Source: Octopus vulgaris (taxonomy: Eukaryota). From it: 64,000 nt of DNA. The notes under the pieces are model-generated. The model did no database searches. It saw only the letters and a program-made list of their open reading frames with translations, and was not told where the DNA came from. A program made the position numbers and the translations under genes. Positions 22,960-35,681 of this stretch are shown one piece after another. Position 1 is the first letter of the stretch; each line of letters opens with the position of its first letter. The DNA is taken from assembly GCA_951406725.2 (NCBI GenBank), contig OX597834.1:28396001-28460000 (forward strand). Reading direction: 5' to 3'.

Positions 22960-23325
22960 CACCGTCGCCGCCGCCGCCACCACCACCACCACCACAACCA
23001 CCACCATCACCACAACAACAACAGCAACCACCACCACCACCACCACCACCACCATCACCGCCACCACCACGACCACCACGACCACCACCACGACCACCAC
23101 GACCACCACCACCACCACAACCACCACCACCACAACAACAACAACCACCACAACCACCACCACCACCACCACCACCACCACCACCACCACCACCACCACC
23201 ACCACCACCACCACCACCATCCGCCGCCGCCGCCACCACCACCACCACCACTACCATCACCTTCACCACCTTCACCACCACAGCCACCACCACCACCACC
23301 ACCACCACCACCACCACCACCATCC
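22960..23325. repeat. (CCA)n-type triplet tract
   Basis: Direct. Confidence 0.95.
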
Positions 23326-23654
23326 TCATTACTAATGGAGGATTCTTATTTTTCCCCAAGACTCTTTTCAAAGTGTTCTCGATAAACTTCAAGAGATACT
23401 TGTTCAGTCTTCCTTCCTGCGCCAATTCATAAGGAACGGGTAAGGTCAGCACAAATGGTTCCGATTTGTTCGGATGCCTTATTTAGGGAATAAACAAGGC
23501 AAGTGGGTGTGTGGATGGGTGGGCGGGTGATGTAAGGAGGCAGCGGGCGACGAAGGGGAAGAGAGGCAGGTGATGTAGAATTAAATATAGCCCACATAAA
23601 TACAAGTAGTAGTAGTAGTAGTAGTAGTATAAAAAGATAGGCAGACAAACCGAT

Positions 23655-23757
23655 CAATCGATGGATAGATGAAGACAGACAGACAGACAGATAGACGAGA
23701 GAGAGAGAGAGAGAGAGAGATAAATATAATAATAGAGAAACAGTGATAAGAGATAGA

Positions 23758-23789
<32 letters not shown>

Positions 23790-23831
23790 TGGATGGATGG
23801 ATGGATGGATGGATGGATGGATGGATGGATG

Positions 23832-23902
<71 letters not shown>

Positions 23903-23915
23903 GGATGGATGGCTG

Positions 23916-24006
<91 letters not shown>

Positions 24007-24062
24007 GGATGGATGGATGGATGGATGGATAGATAAATAGATAGACAGACAGAGAGACAGAC

Positions 24063-24097
<35 letters not shown>

Positions 24098-24212
24098 AGA
24101 CAGGCGGATATATGATAGACAGATAGATAGATGGATGGATGGATAGATAGATAGATAAACAGACAGACAGATGGATAGACCGACAGACAGGCAGATAGAT
24201 AGATAGATAGAC

Positions 24213-24258
<46 letters not shown>

Positions 24259-24290
24259 GCAGGCAGATGGATTGAGAGAGAGAGAGATGA
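23655..24290. repeat. Compound GATA/GACA/GGAT microsatellite
   Basis: Direct. Confidence 0.95.
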
Positions 24291-24639
24291 GACAAGTAGT
24301 AGGAGTAGTAAGTATGATGGTGATGGTGGGAGGGGGGTGTTGCTTGATGTTGCGCATCCTTTTGTTTCCTTTCAACTGCTCCCACCCATCCCGTCTACCC
24401 CCCACCTCCCAATCGTCCTGCCTCGAAATACTGGAATTTTGCCAAAAACACAAGTCTTCAGATCACAAAGTGGTGCCTGTCGGTGGGAGGAGGATGAGGA
24501 TGAGGATGAGGGGTGATGGTCGCGGAATGTGTATGCAACAAAAGTTTTTTTATTTTTATATTGTGTGTGTGTTTTTTTTCTTTCTCGTTTCTACTGTGGT
24601 AAGTCTGTTAAGCGAATCTGATTATGAAGAGAGATGGCA

Positions 24640-24902
24640 ATACATACATACATTACATACATACATACATACATACATACACACACACACATACATACAT
24701 ACATACATACATATCATACATACATACATACATATCATACATACATACATACATACATATCATACATACATACATACATATCATACATACATACATACAT
24801 ACATACATATCATACATACATACATACATACATACATACATACATAGATATCATACATACATACATACATACATACATACATAGATATCATACATACATA
24901 CA

Positions 24903-24933
<31 letters not shown>

Positions 24934-25092
24934 CACACATACATACATACATACATATCATACATATCATACATACATACATACATACATATCATACATA
25001 CATACATACATATCATACATACATATATACATACATACATACATACATACATACATACATACATACATACATAGATATCATACATACATACA

Positions 25093-25123
<31 letters not shown>

Positions 25124-25129
25124 CATACA

Positions 25130-25160
<31 letters not shown>

Positions 25161-25377
25161 CATACATACATACATACATACATATCATACATACATACAT
25201 AGATATCATACATACATACATACATATCATACATACATATATACATACATACATACATACATAGATATCATACATACATACATACATACATACATACATA
25301 GATATCATACATACATACATACATATCATACATACATATATACATACATACATACATACATAGATATCATACATACA

Positions 25378-25408
<31 letters not shown>

Positions 25409-25418
25409 CATACATACA

Positions 25419-25449
<31 letters not shown>

Positions 25450-25838
25450 CATACATACATACATACATACATATCATACATACATACATACATAGATATC
25501 ATACATACATACATACATATCATACATACATATATACATACATACATACATACATAGATATCATACATACATACATACATATCATACATACATACATACA
25601 TACATACATACATACATAGATATCATACATACATACATAGATATCATACATACATACATACATATCATACATACATACATACATACATACATACATAGAT
25701 ATCATACATACATACATACATATCATACATACATATATACATACATACATACATACATAGATATCATACATACATACATACATATCATACATACATATCA
25801 TACATAGATATCATACATACATACATACATACATAGAT
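24640..25838. repeat. ~1.2-kb interrupted (TACA)n microsatellite
   Basis: Direct, with recurring TATCA/TAGATATCA interruptions. Confidence 0.95.
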
Positions 25839-26129
25839 AACAAAAACTCACTGAACAAACAATAACAAAATAAATTCAAGAAGAAGAAGAAAAAGAAGAA
25901 TAAGAATAGGAAGGAGAAGAAGAAGAAGAAGAAGAAGAAGAAGAAGAAGAAGAAGAAGAAGAAGAAGAAAAAGAAGAAGAAAAAGAAGAAGAAAAAGAAG
26001 AAGAAGAAGAAGAAGAAGAAGAAGGTGAAAGAGAAAAAAAGAAATTCCCTTTCACAACAGCAAAACTCAAGAACTCGCTGAAGTCAAAGAGTCTCCGAGG
26101 CATACATATACACAAGGTATGTGTGTATG

Positions 26130-26182
<53 letters not shown>

Positions 26183-26284
26183 ATATATATATATATATAC
26201 ACACACACATACATGCCGGATGTTTTCATATATTGGCCAATCATTGCAATACTACGGCATTACATACATACATGTGTACATGAG

Positions 26285-26319
<35 letters not shown>

Positions 26320-26540
26320 GTATATATGGGATTGCTATGATTGGCTACGATATACACACAAAAGCTGACTCAGACAATAGAGAGAGAACGAGGGAGGGAG
26401 GGAGATGGGAGAAGTGGGAGGTGAGATAAAGAATCTGATGAAACCAAAAATTGCAAAGAAACCAAAGTAAGACTGAATGAAATACAGAGAACAATATCGT
26501 CTGCTCGGTCTACTATTACTTGCCCAAAGAATTTCGTCAA

Positions 26541-26583
<43 letters not shown>

Positions 26584-26623
26584 CATTATTTGTTTATTAT
26601 TATTATTATTTATTATTATTATT

Positions 26624-27270
26624 AAGACGGCGAGCTGGCAGAAACGTTAGCATGCCGGGCGAAATGCTTAGCGGTATTTCGTCGGCCGCTACGTTCTGAG
26701 CTCAAATTCCGCCGAGGTCGACTTTGCCTTTCGTCCTTTCGGGGTCGCTTAAATTAAGTACCAGTTACGCACTGGGGTCGATATAATCGACTTAATCCGT
26801 TCGTCTGTCCTTGCTTGTCCCCTCTGTGTTTAGCCCCTTGTTGGTAGTAAAGAAAATTATTATTATTATTAAGGCGGCGAGCTGGCAGAATCGTTAGCAT
26901 GCCGGGCGAAAAATGCTTAGCGGTATTTTGTCGGCCGTTACGTTCTGAGTTCAAATTCCGCCGGGGTCGACTTGTCCTTTCGGGGGTCGATAAATTAAGT
27001 ACCAGTTACGCACTGGGGTCGATGTAATCGACTTAATCCGTTTGTCTGTCCTTGTTTGTTCTTCTCTGTGTTTAGCCCCTTGTGGGGTAGTAAAGAAATA
27101 GGTATTTCGTCTGCTGCCACGTTCTGAGTTCAAATTCCGCCGGTGTCGACTTTGCCCTTCATCTTTTCGGGGTCGATAAAATAAGAACCAGTGAAACACT
27201 GGCGTCTATGTAATCGACTCATCCCCCACCCCACCAAAATTGTGGCCCTTGTGGAAAAATTTGAAATCAT
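26624..27270 (+). mobile_element. Cluster of three SINE family B units
   Basis: Two young copies plus a head-less older body; junction AAATAGGTATTTCG at 27096. Confidence 0.85.
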
Positions 27271-27277
27271 TATTATT

Positions 27278-27490
27278 ATTACCTCTGCCTTAGCAAAGGC
27301 GAAGGTATTGTTTTCAGTCGTGTTTGTTTGTTTGTCCGTAGACAAGATATCTCAAGAACCATCCGCATGAATTCGGATGAAACTTTCAGGGATGTTTGGT
27401 CTCGTGACTGGCACGAACTGATTGGGATCTGTCCGGTACCGGACAAGGATGCTGGATTATTTGTTATATTTACTTTACATGAAGTATTTT
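27278..27490 (+). mobile_element. 5' part of Helentron/HINE-like element
   Basis: TATTACCTCTGCC..GGTATTGTTTTC..(TGTT)n..GATATCTCAAGAAC..GGATGAAACTTT architecture typical of DINE/HINE-like elements. Confidence 0.5.
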
Positions 27491-27522
27491 TTTTGTCATT
27501 GAGCTGGTTGTTAGGTGTGCTA

Positions 27523-27913
27523 GGAGGCGCAATGGCCCAGTGGTTAGGGCAGCGGACTCGCGGTCGTAGGATCGCGGTTTCGATTCCCAGACCGGGCGTT
27601 GTGAGTGTTTATTGAGCGAAAACACCTAAAAGCTCCACGAGGCTCCAGCAGGGGATGGTGGTGATCCCTGCTGTACTCTTTCACCACAACTTTCTCTCAC
27701 TCTTACTTCCTGTTTCTGTTGTACCTGTATTTCAAGGGGCCGGCCTTGTCACTCTCTGTGTCACGCTGAATATCCCCGAGAACTACGTTAAGGATACACG
27801 TGTCTGTGGAGTGCTCAGCCACTTACACGTTAATTTCACGAGCAGGCTGTTCCGTTGATCGGATCAACTGGAACCCTCGTCTTCCTAACCGACGGAGTGC
27901 TTCCATCCATCCA
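27523..27913 (+). mobile_element. SINE family C, full length
   Basis: 14-bp TSD TGTTAGGTGTGCTA (27509-27522, 27914-27927); (TCCA)n tail. Confidence 0.95.
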
Positions 27914-28296
27914 TGTTAGGTGTGCTAAAAATAATAGCTAAATAGGCCTTAAATCACACCCCCTTACATTTTTTGTTACATAATCGTATGAAGTCCCGCG
28001 AGTAGAATACAAATTCGCAAAAAATTTCTGAAAATTCCCCAAAATAAGAAAGTTATGAGAGGTTATATATCGTGCGTAATTCATTTGTTTACGGTTTCAT
28101 ATAAAAAAAAAAAAAACACAAGTGTTTATTTTCAGGATGTTGACAAAATGTGCAGTCATGCACAAATGACAGCTTCCAAATCTTGTTTCTTGACTGGATG
28201 AAAATGATCAAACTTTAAACCTCTATAACTTTAAAAAATAATTTTTTTCCCCGAAAAAGTGAAATAACTGCAGTAATTCAGCTTAGAAAACTACAT

Positions 28297-28644
28297 CCGG
28301 GAATCCGGGACCCCCTTCGGTCACGACACTGACCATGGGATTGCCCCTAGAAAGTTACCCTCCTAGCCACAAGTCTGGGCAAGGTGGTTTATGGAAGACC
28401 AGCAGTCGCCCATGCATACCGGCGTCCCCTCTCCACGCCATCAGTGTTATCCAAGGGAAAGGCAAAGGGGCCGATACAGCTTGGCACCCGTGACGTCGTA
28501 ACTCATTTCTACAGCTGAGTGAACTGGAGCAACGTGAAATAAAGTGTCTTGCTCAAGAACACAACACGCAGCCCGGTCCGGGATTCGAGCTCACAACCTC
28601 ACGATCGTAAGTTCGACGCTCTAACCACTGAGCCATGCGCCTTC
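28297..28644 (-). mobile_element. tRNA-derived CORE-type SINE with RTE-like tail (family D)
   Basis: 12-bp TSD AGAAAACTACAT (28285-28296, 28645-28656). A-box TGGCTCAGTGG, CORE-like TTGAGCAAGACACTTTA..CTCCAGTTCACTCAGCTG. Confidence 0.85.
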
Positions 28645-28952
28645 AGAAAACTACATAATTGTACCATATTTTAAAATTTTCAATAAACTTTGATTTTTGA
28701 AATCTTGGCAGGCAAACAGAAAAGATTCAACATAAACAATAATGAAACAGAGAGACATACACTGAAGCGCAAAAGAAATGCGAGACATGTGTGACTGTGA
28801 AATATGTTTTAATTTCATTATGTCAGAGATAAATTTTGGTAAATCTGATAAAGTCAATTTCTTGGATACACTTTGACTATAGTCTTGGGTCGTTGACATG
28901 TGTTCTGGTAGTGGGCGGATCCAGCACATCGAGATTGTAGGGCGTGATATGT

Positions 28953-29925
28953 TCAATACTGTGTATACCATCCCTTAGTGGAGGCGCAATGGCCCAGTGG
29001 ATCGCGGTTTCGATTCCCAGACCGGGTGTTGTGAGTGTTTATTGAGCGAAAACACCTAAAAGCTCCACGAGGCTCCGGCAGGGGATGGTGGTGATCCCTG
29101 CTGTACTCTTTCACCACAACTTTCTCTCACTCTTACTTCCTGTTTCTGTTGTACCTGTATTTCAAAGGGCCGTCCTTGTCACTCTCTGTGTCATGCTGAA
29201 TATCCCTGAGAACTACGTTAAGAGTACACGTGTCTGTGGAGTGCTCAGCCACTTACACGTTAATTTCACGAGCAGGCTGTTCCGTTGATTCGGATCAACC
29301 GGAACCCTCATCGTCGTAACCGACGGAGTGCTTCCATACCTTCCCTGGGTGTTCAGAACGGCCATACACCGTCGGTACATGGAGTGCATGAAGCGGTTCC
29401 CAAAAGCCATTGGCACCTGTGCTCACACTCTGAGGAAAGCTGCTTCCAGTTCCACACGGGTTGTCGGGATCACCTGGTTCAGCCGTCTCTGGATTTCATC
29501 CCACAGGTGTTCAATTGGGTTCAAATCTGGATTGAGAGCCGGCCCCGGCATGGTTCTGATGTTGTGCTGACGCAGGAAGTCCATGGTGACCCTGGCCATG
29601 TGGAAGGGAGCATTGTTCTGCTGGAACACGTAGCTATGGTGATGCGCGAAGAAGGGCACGATATGAGGTCTTAGGATATGGTCAATGTAGTGCTGCGCTG
29701 TGATGCCATTCCCTCTGTCTGCACCAACATTTTGGAACACATGGGGCCCAATTCTCTGATTCATGCTTATAACACCCCAAACCATGATGCTCTGGCCACC
29801 GCCACGCGTCTCTCTCCATGACTCATGCGTCTCCTACGCCACATCCTCATTCTGCCATCTGAGGTGCAAACGCAGTACCGGCTCTCGTCAGAGAAGACTA
29901 TTGACCTCCATTGGTGATGCCATAA
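28953..29925 (-). pseudogene. Tc1-family transposase pseudogene (C-terminal half), interrupted by SINE C 28979-29334
   Basis: WRSIVFSDESRY..MVWGVIS..FQQNNAPFH..PDLNPIEHLW..SMYRRCMAVL..GRYTQY*. Frameshift, internal stop and second catalytic D>N. Confidence 0.9.
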
Positions 29926-32092
29926 AAAATGAGTGTCTCCTTCCTCGAGAATTTCAGGAAGGAGGGAATTTCCATATGCTCTGGAAAGAGGGGTTGGAGA
30001 AAACCATGGCGAATGTGTGTCATAACCAACCGTGGGAAAAGTATATATTAAGGCGTGCTTGATTTTAAAACTGAGGAAGAGGTGAGAAGACAGGTTTGGA
30101 CTGTTATGAATAGGGATAAAGAAGTACAAGGTAACGTTCGGTGGAAGTGACAATGACGGTGACTGTTGGGTTTACACCAAGTTTGTGACACATTACGTAT
30201 ATGTGTATGGTGAAAGTAGAGGTAGATTACAACAACATATAATTAGGAGGCGGGGTTGCAACAACACTCCAGATTCTAATGACTGAAAACTGGAAGATTA
30301 TGAGCCAGCAGTAAAAAAAAAAAAATTGTGAGGTGGGATGCAAAGTTTTGTACTCTTCTCTTTAAACGTAATTTCTTGGTTAAGTTCTTTTTCTTTTTTC
30401 TTTTTTTGTTTTTCAGATCTGTTTTTAATACATCTGAGGTTATGATTCTTCAAAAAAATTATACCTAACATAAATCTGAATATACTTTTCGAAAAAAACC
30501 CCCAGAAAACTGAAAAAAAAAAAAAAAAAAAATTAAATTACGGAAATGATATTGCGGTAGGGGAAGGGAGAACGAATCCCCTACCACCATGTCTTTCATC
30601 TCTTTTTTTACTTTCTTTCTTCAAAATCGGTAATCTACGATGCTTAAACATCCAAAAAAGTTTACAAAGAATTTTGGCGCATTAGATAATTCCCAATTGC
30701 TATTCTTTAAAAAAAGCCAAGAGTGTATGTGCTCGCGCGTGCATGTATATGTGTATATGAGCGCACGCATGTGTGCGTGAATGAGTGAGGCGTTCCTAAA
30801 CCTTTTTTTTCTGTTATACATAAACTTACTTCATTATCTCCTGTAGCTTATTTGTCTATTTGTTGTCAATACACAAACTAATCCATTTGTCTATTTATGT
30901 ATCTCTATGTGTCTTTATTTAGTTATTACCTCTTCATAACCTTACATATTTATTTAAAACACATCTAGTACTTATCCATCTTACTCCTTTGTCTATATCT
31001 TCTCTCAAGCTATCGATCCACACACATATACACACGTGTATATTAACCAAGCTATTCTCTTTTCTATCTAACAAACCTACAATTTCCATCTTCCTTAGCT
31101 CTCTTTCTCTATAATGTCTCTCGTAATATACGCATATCTCAAACCATCTCTCTCTAAAATGCCACTGTATCTATTTCACATCTATTATGTATCTAACTAC
31201 ATTTCTGTTAAACTTCCTACCAAACCTTTTCTTCTCTCTCTCTCCCACCCGTTTTCACCCCCTAATATATTTCCCCCGATCTTCTTCTCCTTCCTATCAA
31301 CACCCTTTTTCCATCTCTCAAACTGTTCCTACCTTCCTATTTTCACCATCGAACCCTTTCACCTGTACACAGATCCGCTCGCCCACAGAAGCTGAAATCC
31401 ACGTCTGCCCTACCCACCCAAACCAATCTTAACACAAGCTAACCTACATAATCTAACCACCCATCTATCTGCACCCCCACTTCTATCCCACATTCACAAA
31501 ACCAGGCCTTCTTAATCACCCAGTCCACCCACAAACAGCCAAAGTATCAACACTACCCAATCAGCTAGCTTTCTAAATAACCACCCGTTCTCTCCAGCAC
31601 TAACCACTTCAGCTTGCCCGTCCACCCGCCCGCCTGCCAGCCTACCTGCAACCAATCTTCTCAACTTACCTGCCAACTAGTAAGTCCAATACCTGCACAC
31701 CTATTTACCTAGCTAGCCGTTTAGCTAGGTGTGTTTAACAATTATATATATTAAAAAATGCAATGTTTGGCAGGGGAGTAGTATTTCTGTTCCACTTTTT
31801 ATCTTCGTCATCATGATGCTGTGAAACTTACACCGCTTTCGAAAATATGACGTGGTCAAGATAGAGAATCTTCGGCTTGGGCTAAATAGCAACTCGACTG
31901 AATCGCGGACGAACGGAATCAGCAGGTTTCACACGATAAAGTCGACCGACGCCGTTTGGCAACAGCCCCGTTCTCTCCTCCATCGAATACGAACAAATGA
32001 CAGCAGTTCTACGAAGTCATTCGAAACACCTACCAAATCTCCATGAAACCACATACAGCACCTGACCATCTAACGTACCGTTGCTTTGTCCC

Positions 32093-32268
32093 GAGGAAGA
32101 GGAAGAGAGGAAGAGGCCGACCAAGAACCCGCTGGCTTGACACCATCAGGAGTGATACCGGAATGGACATGGCCAATCTGAGGGAAGCGGCCCAGGATAG
32201 AACTGACTGGAGGACACTGATCTAACGAGTGACCGAGAGTCGACTTCGACTGAGCAGATAGAGAGAGA
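32093..32268 (+). mobile_element. RTE-BovB-like LINE 3' end (5'-truncated)
   Basis: KRGRGRPRTRWLDTIRSDTGMDMANLREAAQDRTDWRTLI*RVTESRLRL resembles the BovB/RTE C-terminus; ends in an (AG)-type tail. Confidence 0.85.
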
Positions 32269-32777
32269 GTTATAGTTGTTGCTTAACCCCGAGTCACCTT
32301 ATGATATAGTAGACATATTATCAGAGGCGTTCCAGCAATGACCATCCCATTTTGTTTTTTTAATTTTGACATTGTCATATTGGGGAAAATGTGTAACTAG
32401 TCGCCTCTCGCGGACGAATAAGACCTGGTAGCACGTACCTATTTCTTTACTACCCACAAGGGTCTAAACACAGAAGGGACAAACAAGGACAGACAAACGG
32501 ATTAAGTCGATTATATCGACCCCAGTGCGTAACTGGTACTTATTTAATCGACCCCGAAAGGATGAAAGGCAAAGTCGACCTCAGCGGAATTTGAACTCAG
32601 AACGTAGCGGCAGACGAAATACGGCGGCAGACGAAACGTACCATGCTTTCGTTGACTGTTATATAAATGCCAGCGTAGTAGTGAACAGACAGTGCTGGAT
32701 TAACCATTATGCAGAATAAACACGTTCTCAGGGCATCAAAGGAGTACCACAGAAATGGTAACCGGTTTACGGCACAA

Positions 32778-33205
32778 AGGCGGCGAGATGGCAGAAACGT
32801 TAGCACGCCGGGCGAAATGCTTAGCGGTATTTCGTCTGCGTTACGTTGTGAGTTCAAATTCCGCCGAGGTCGACTTTGCCTTTCATCCTTTCGGGGTCGA
32901 TAAATTAAGTACCAGTTACGCATTGGGTTCGATGTAATCGACTTAATACCTATGTCTGTCCTTGTTTGTCCCCTCTGTGTTTAGCCCCTTGTGGGTAATA
33001 AAGAAATAGGTATTTCGTCTGCGTTACGTTGTGAGTTCAAATTCCGCCGAGGTCGACTTTGCCTTTCCTTTCGGGGTCGATAAATTAAGTACCAGTAACG
33101 CATTGGGGTCGATGTAATCGACTTAATACCTATGTCTGTCCTTAATACCTATGTCTGTCCTTGTTTGTCCCCTCTATGTTTAGCCCCTTGTGGGCAATAA
33201 AGAAA
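32778..33205 (+). mobile_element. SINE family B dimer
   Basis: Junction AAATAGGTATTTCG at 33004. Confidence 0.85.
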
Positions 33206-33782
33206 CAGATATAGCAGTTAAATTAAACTCCTTCAAATCACATCCTACAGTCTCAAAAAAAAAAAGCAGTGGGCTGAATGGAACCATGCTGTTTCGTTGT
33301 GATCAGTTGGTAATTTTACGAAAGGATGAAAGGCAAAGTCGACCTCGGCGGAATTTGAACTCAGAACGCAACGACAGACGCAATACCGCTAAGCATTTCG
33401 CCCGGCGTGCTAACGTTTCTGCCAGCTCGCCGCCTTTAATGTACATAACTGCTATATCTAGCAGATCTAGTGACCACATAGAGCTTCCTTAGTTACCGCC
33501 ATTTTGTCGTGTTTGCTTGATTAAATTGATTGATTGATTGATTATCGAAACATCCTTTCGAACACCAAAATACCTCAGAAACTACCGAAACCAGGAAATT
33601 TATGATCTGTTTTATAACAGCAACAATAATAAATAAATAAATGGGCGCTGGCGTGGCTGTGTGGTAAGAAGTTTACTTCTCAATCACATGGTCCCGGGTT
33701 CAGTCCCACTATGTGATACCTTGGGTCGACCAAAGCCTTGGAGTGAATAAAGGAGACAGAAAGTGTGTGAAAGGTCGTCATG

Positions 33783-33816
<34 letters not shown>

Positions 33817-34322
33817 TCCCACCACTGCTGGGCAATCGGTGTTGGTGTGTTTACGTCCTTGTAACTTAGCAGCTCGGCAAAACAAAACCGATAGAATAAG
33901 CACCAGGCTTAAAAATAAATGAGTACTGGGGGTCGATTCATTCGACTAAAAATTCTTCAATGCGGTGCCCCAGCATGGCCGCAGTCAAGTGGCTTAAACA
34001 ACTAAAAGATAAAAGATGAAATAAGCGAATTCGTATATGTATCCGACGCTCTAACGACTTTGCCTTGTGGTATTTACTTCGGCCCTCTGCACCCACAGTT
34101 CGGATCAGGCCGAAGTCAACATTACCTTTCATTCTTTCGGGGCCGTTAAAATAAAGAACTATTCAAGTATATGGTCGTTCAACCAATTAGAAATAGCAGC
34201 GAAATTTCTCTTACATCATATCCTGCAATCTTGTGTTTAAAAAAAAAAAAGAGGCAGAAAGGATACATTGGATGACGTAGTCCTAGATAGACGGTGTTTG
34301 AAAATAAGATGGGTTGAAAATA

Positions 34323-34586
34323 AGTCGCCATTGCTTTTCTTGTTCTTGCTGATGCTGATGCTTTTCCCACACCTTCTTCTGTTGTTATTTAACCCTAGGC
34401 CAAGACCAAAGGCATTTGCAGCTATCCTTCTTCTGTTGTTATTTAACCCTAGGCCAAGACCAAAGGCATTTGCAGCTATAAATATTTATAGCTGGAAATG
34501 CCTTTGGTCTTAGCCTAATAACAACAGAAGAAGGTGTGGGAAAAGCATCAGCATCAGCAAGAACAACAAGATAAGCAACGGCGACT
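34323..34586. repeat. ~100-bp-arm imperfect palindrome with a 54-bp tandem duplication in the left arm
   Basis: Centre CAGCTATAAAT|ATTTATAGCTG at 34483/34484; units 34372-34425 and 34426-34479. Confidence 0.9.
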
Positions 34587-34848
34587 CCAAGAACAAGAAC
34601 AGCAACAACAACAACAACAACCCGGTTTTGCTGTTTGCTTTTATAGTGTTTAACCTTTTACGATTGCTTTAATCGTTGCGACATTTTGTGTCGTGTGAAA
34701 GAAACGACAATAAAAGAAGGAAAAAAGAAGCCAAGCAAAGTTACATTGCTTCAAATTTATTTAGTCTTCGGTGGACCAATCAACCAGCTCTGATTCAAAA
34801 AAAAAAAAAAAAGGCCTCTGATAAAGGCAATCCAAACGTGACCATATC

Positions 34849-35049
34849 TTACTCTTACTCTTACTTGTTTCAGTCATTTGACTGCGGCCATGCTGGAGCA
34901 CCGCCTTTAGTCGGGCAAATCGACCCCGGGACTTATTCTTTTGTAAGCCCAGTACTTATTCTATCGGTCTCTTTTGCCGAACCGCTAAGTAACGGGGACG
35001 TAAACACACCAGCATCAATTGTCAAGCAATGCTAGGGGGACAAACACAG

Positions 35050-35124
<75 letters not shown>

Positions 35125-35285
35125 TACGACAGGCTTCTTTCAGTTTCCGTCTACCAAATTCACTCACAAGGCATTGGTCGGCCCGGGGCTATAGCAGAAG
35201 ACACTTGCCCAAGATGCCACGCAGGGGGACTGAACCCAGAACCATATGGTTGGTTAGCAAGCTACTTACCACACAGCCACTCCTG
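34849..35285 (-). mobile_element. SINE family A
   Basis: Homology to other copies. Confidence 0.9.
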
Positions 35286-35681
35286 GTCTTGTTTTTTTTA
35301 ATTTTTATTTGATCACTCACACCACAGTCTCTCTTGTGTTACATAATCCAACATGCTCATCGTTTTTTTTTTTATTAAAGATACTAAAGTGTGATTTAAG
35401 GGCAATTTAGCTGTTATTTCTTGCCGATCTTAACTTTAAGAGAGTAACAAGCAGCCTGCGGCTCGCGGAGTTTTCAAGTCTAACGAAATATTAACTTCAA
35501 TATTTCTTTTAATAGTGCGGCCCGCCTGATGATGAGCAGATGTCTCATGCGGCCCACCTGATGATGAGCCCACGTTTCATGCGGCCCGCTTCCCGAAAAA
35601 GGTTGCTCATGCCTGCTTTAAAACGATACTGTACGGAACTGTACAAGCTAAAGTTAAGTTGGTCGGGATTTGGGTTTGGGT

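Noticed and set aside
23361-23439. Plus-strand exon candidate (SFQSVLDKLQEILVQSSFLRQFIRN)
   Set aside because: Weak AAG acceptor, opposite strand to the better candidate, peptide not recognised; cannot be supported without RNA data.
22812-23452. Poly-Pro/His/Gly ORFs
   Set aside because: Translations of a (CCA)n tract.
27523-27595. SINE heads as functional tRNA genes
   Set aside because: A/B boxes are present but there is no complete cloverleaf; always followed by SINE body, tail and TSD.
31831-31880. Minus-strand exon candidate ending at GTAAGT
   Set aside because: Poor polypyrimidine tract and no recognisable peptide.
35526-35570. CTGATGATGAG duplicated motif as ribozyme
   Set aside because: No GAAA partner; part of GCGGCCC-rich hAT-like subterminal repeats.
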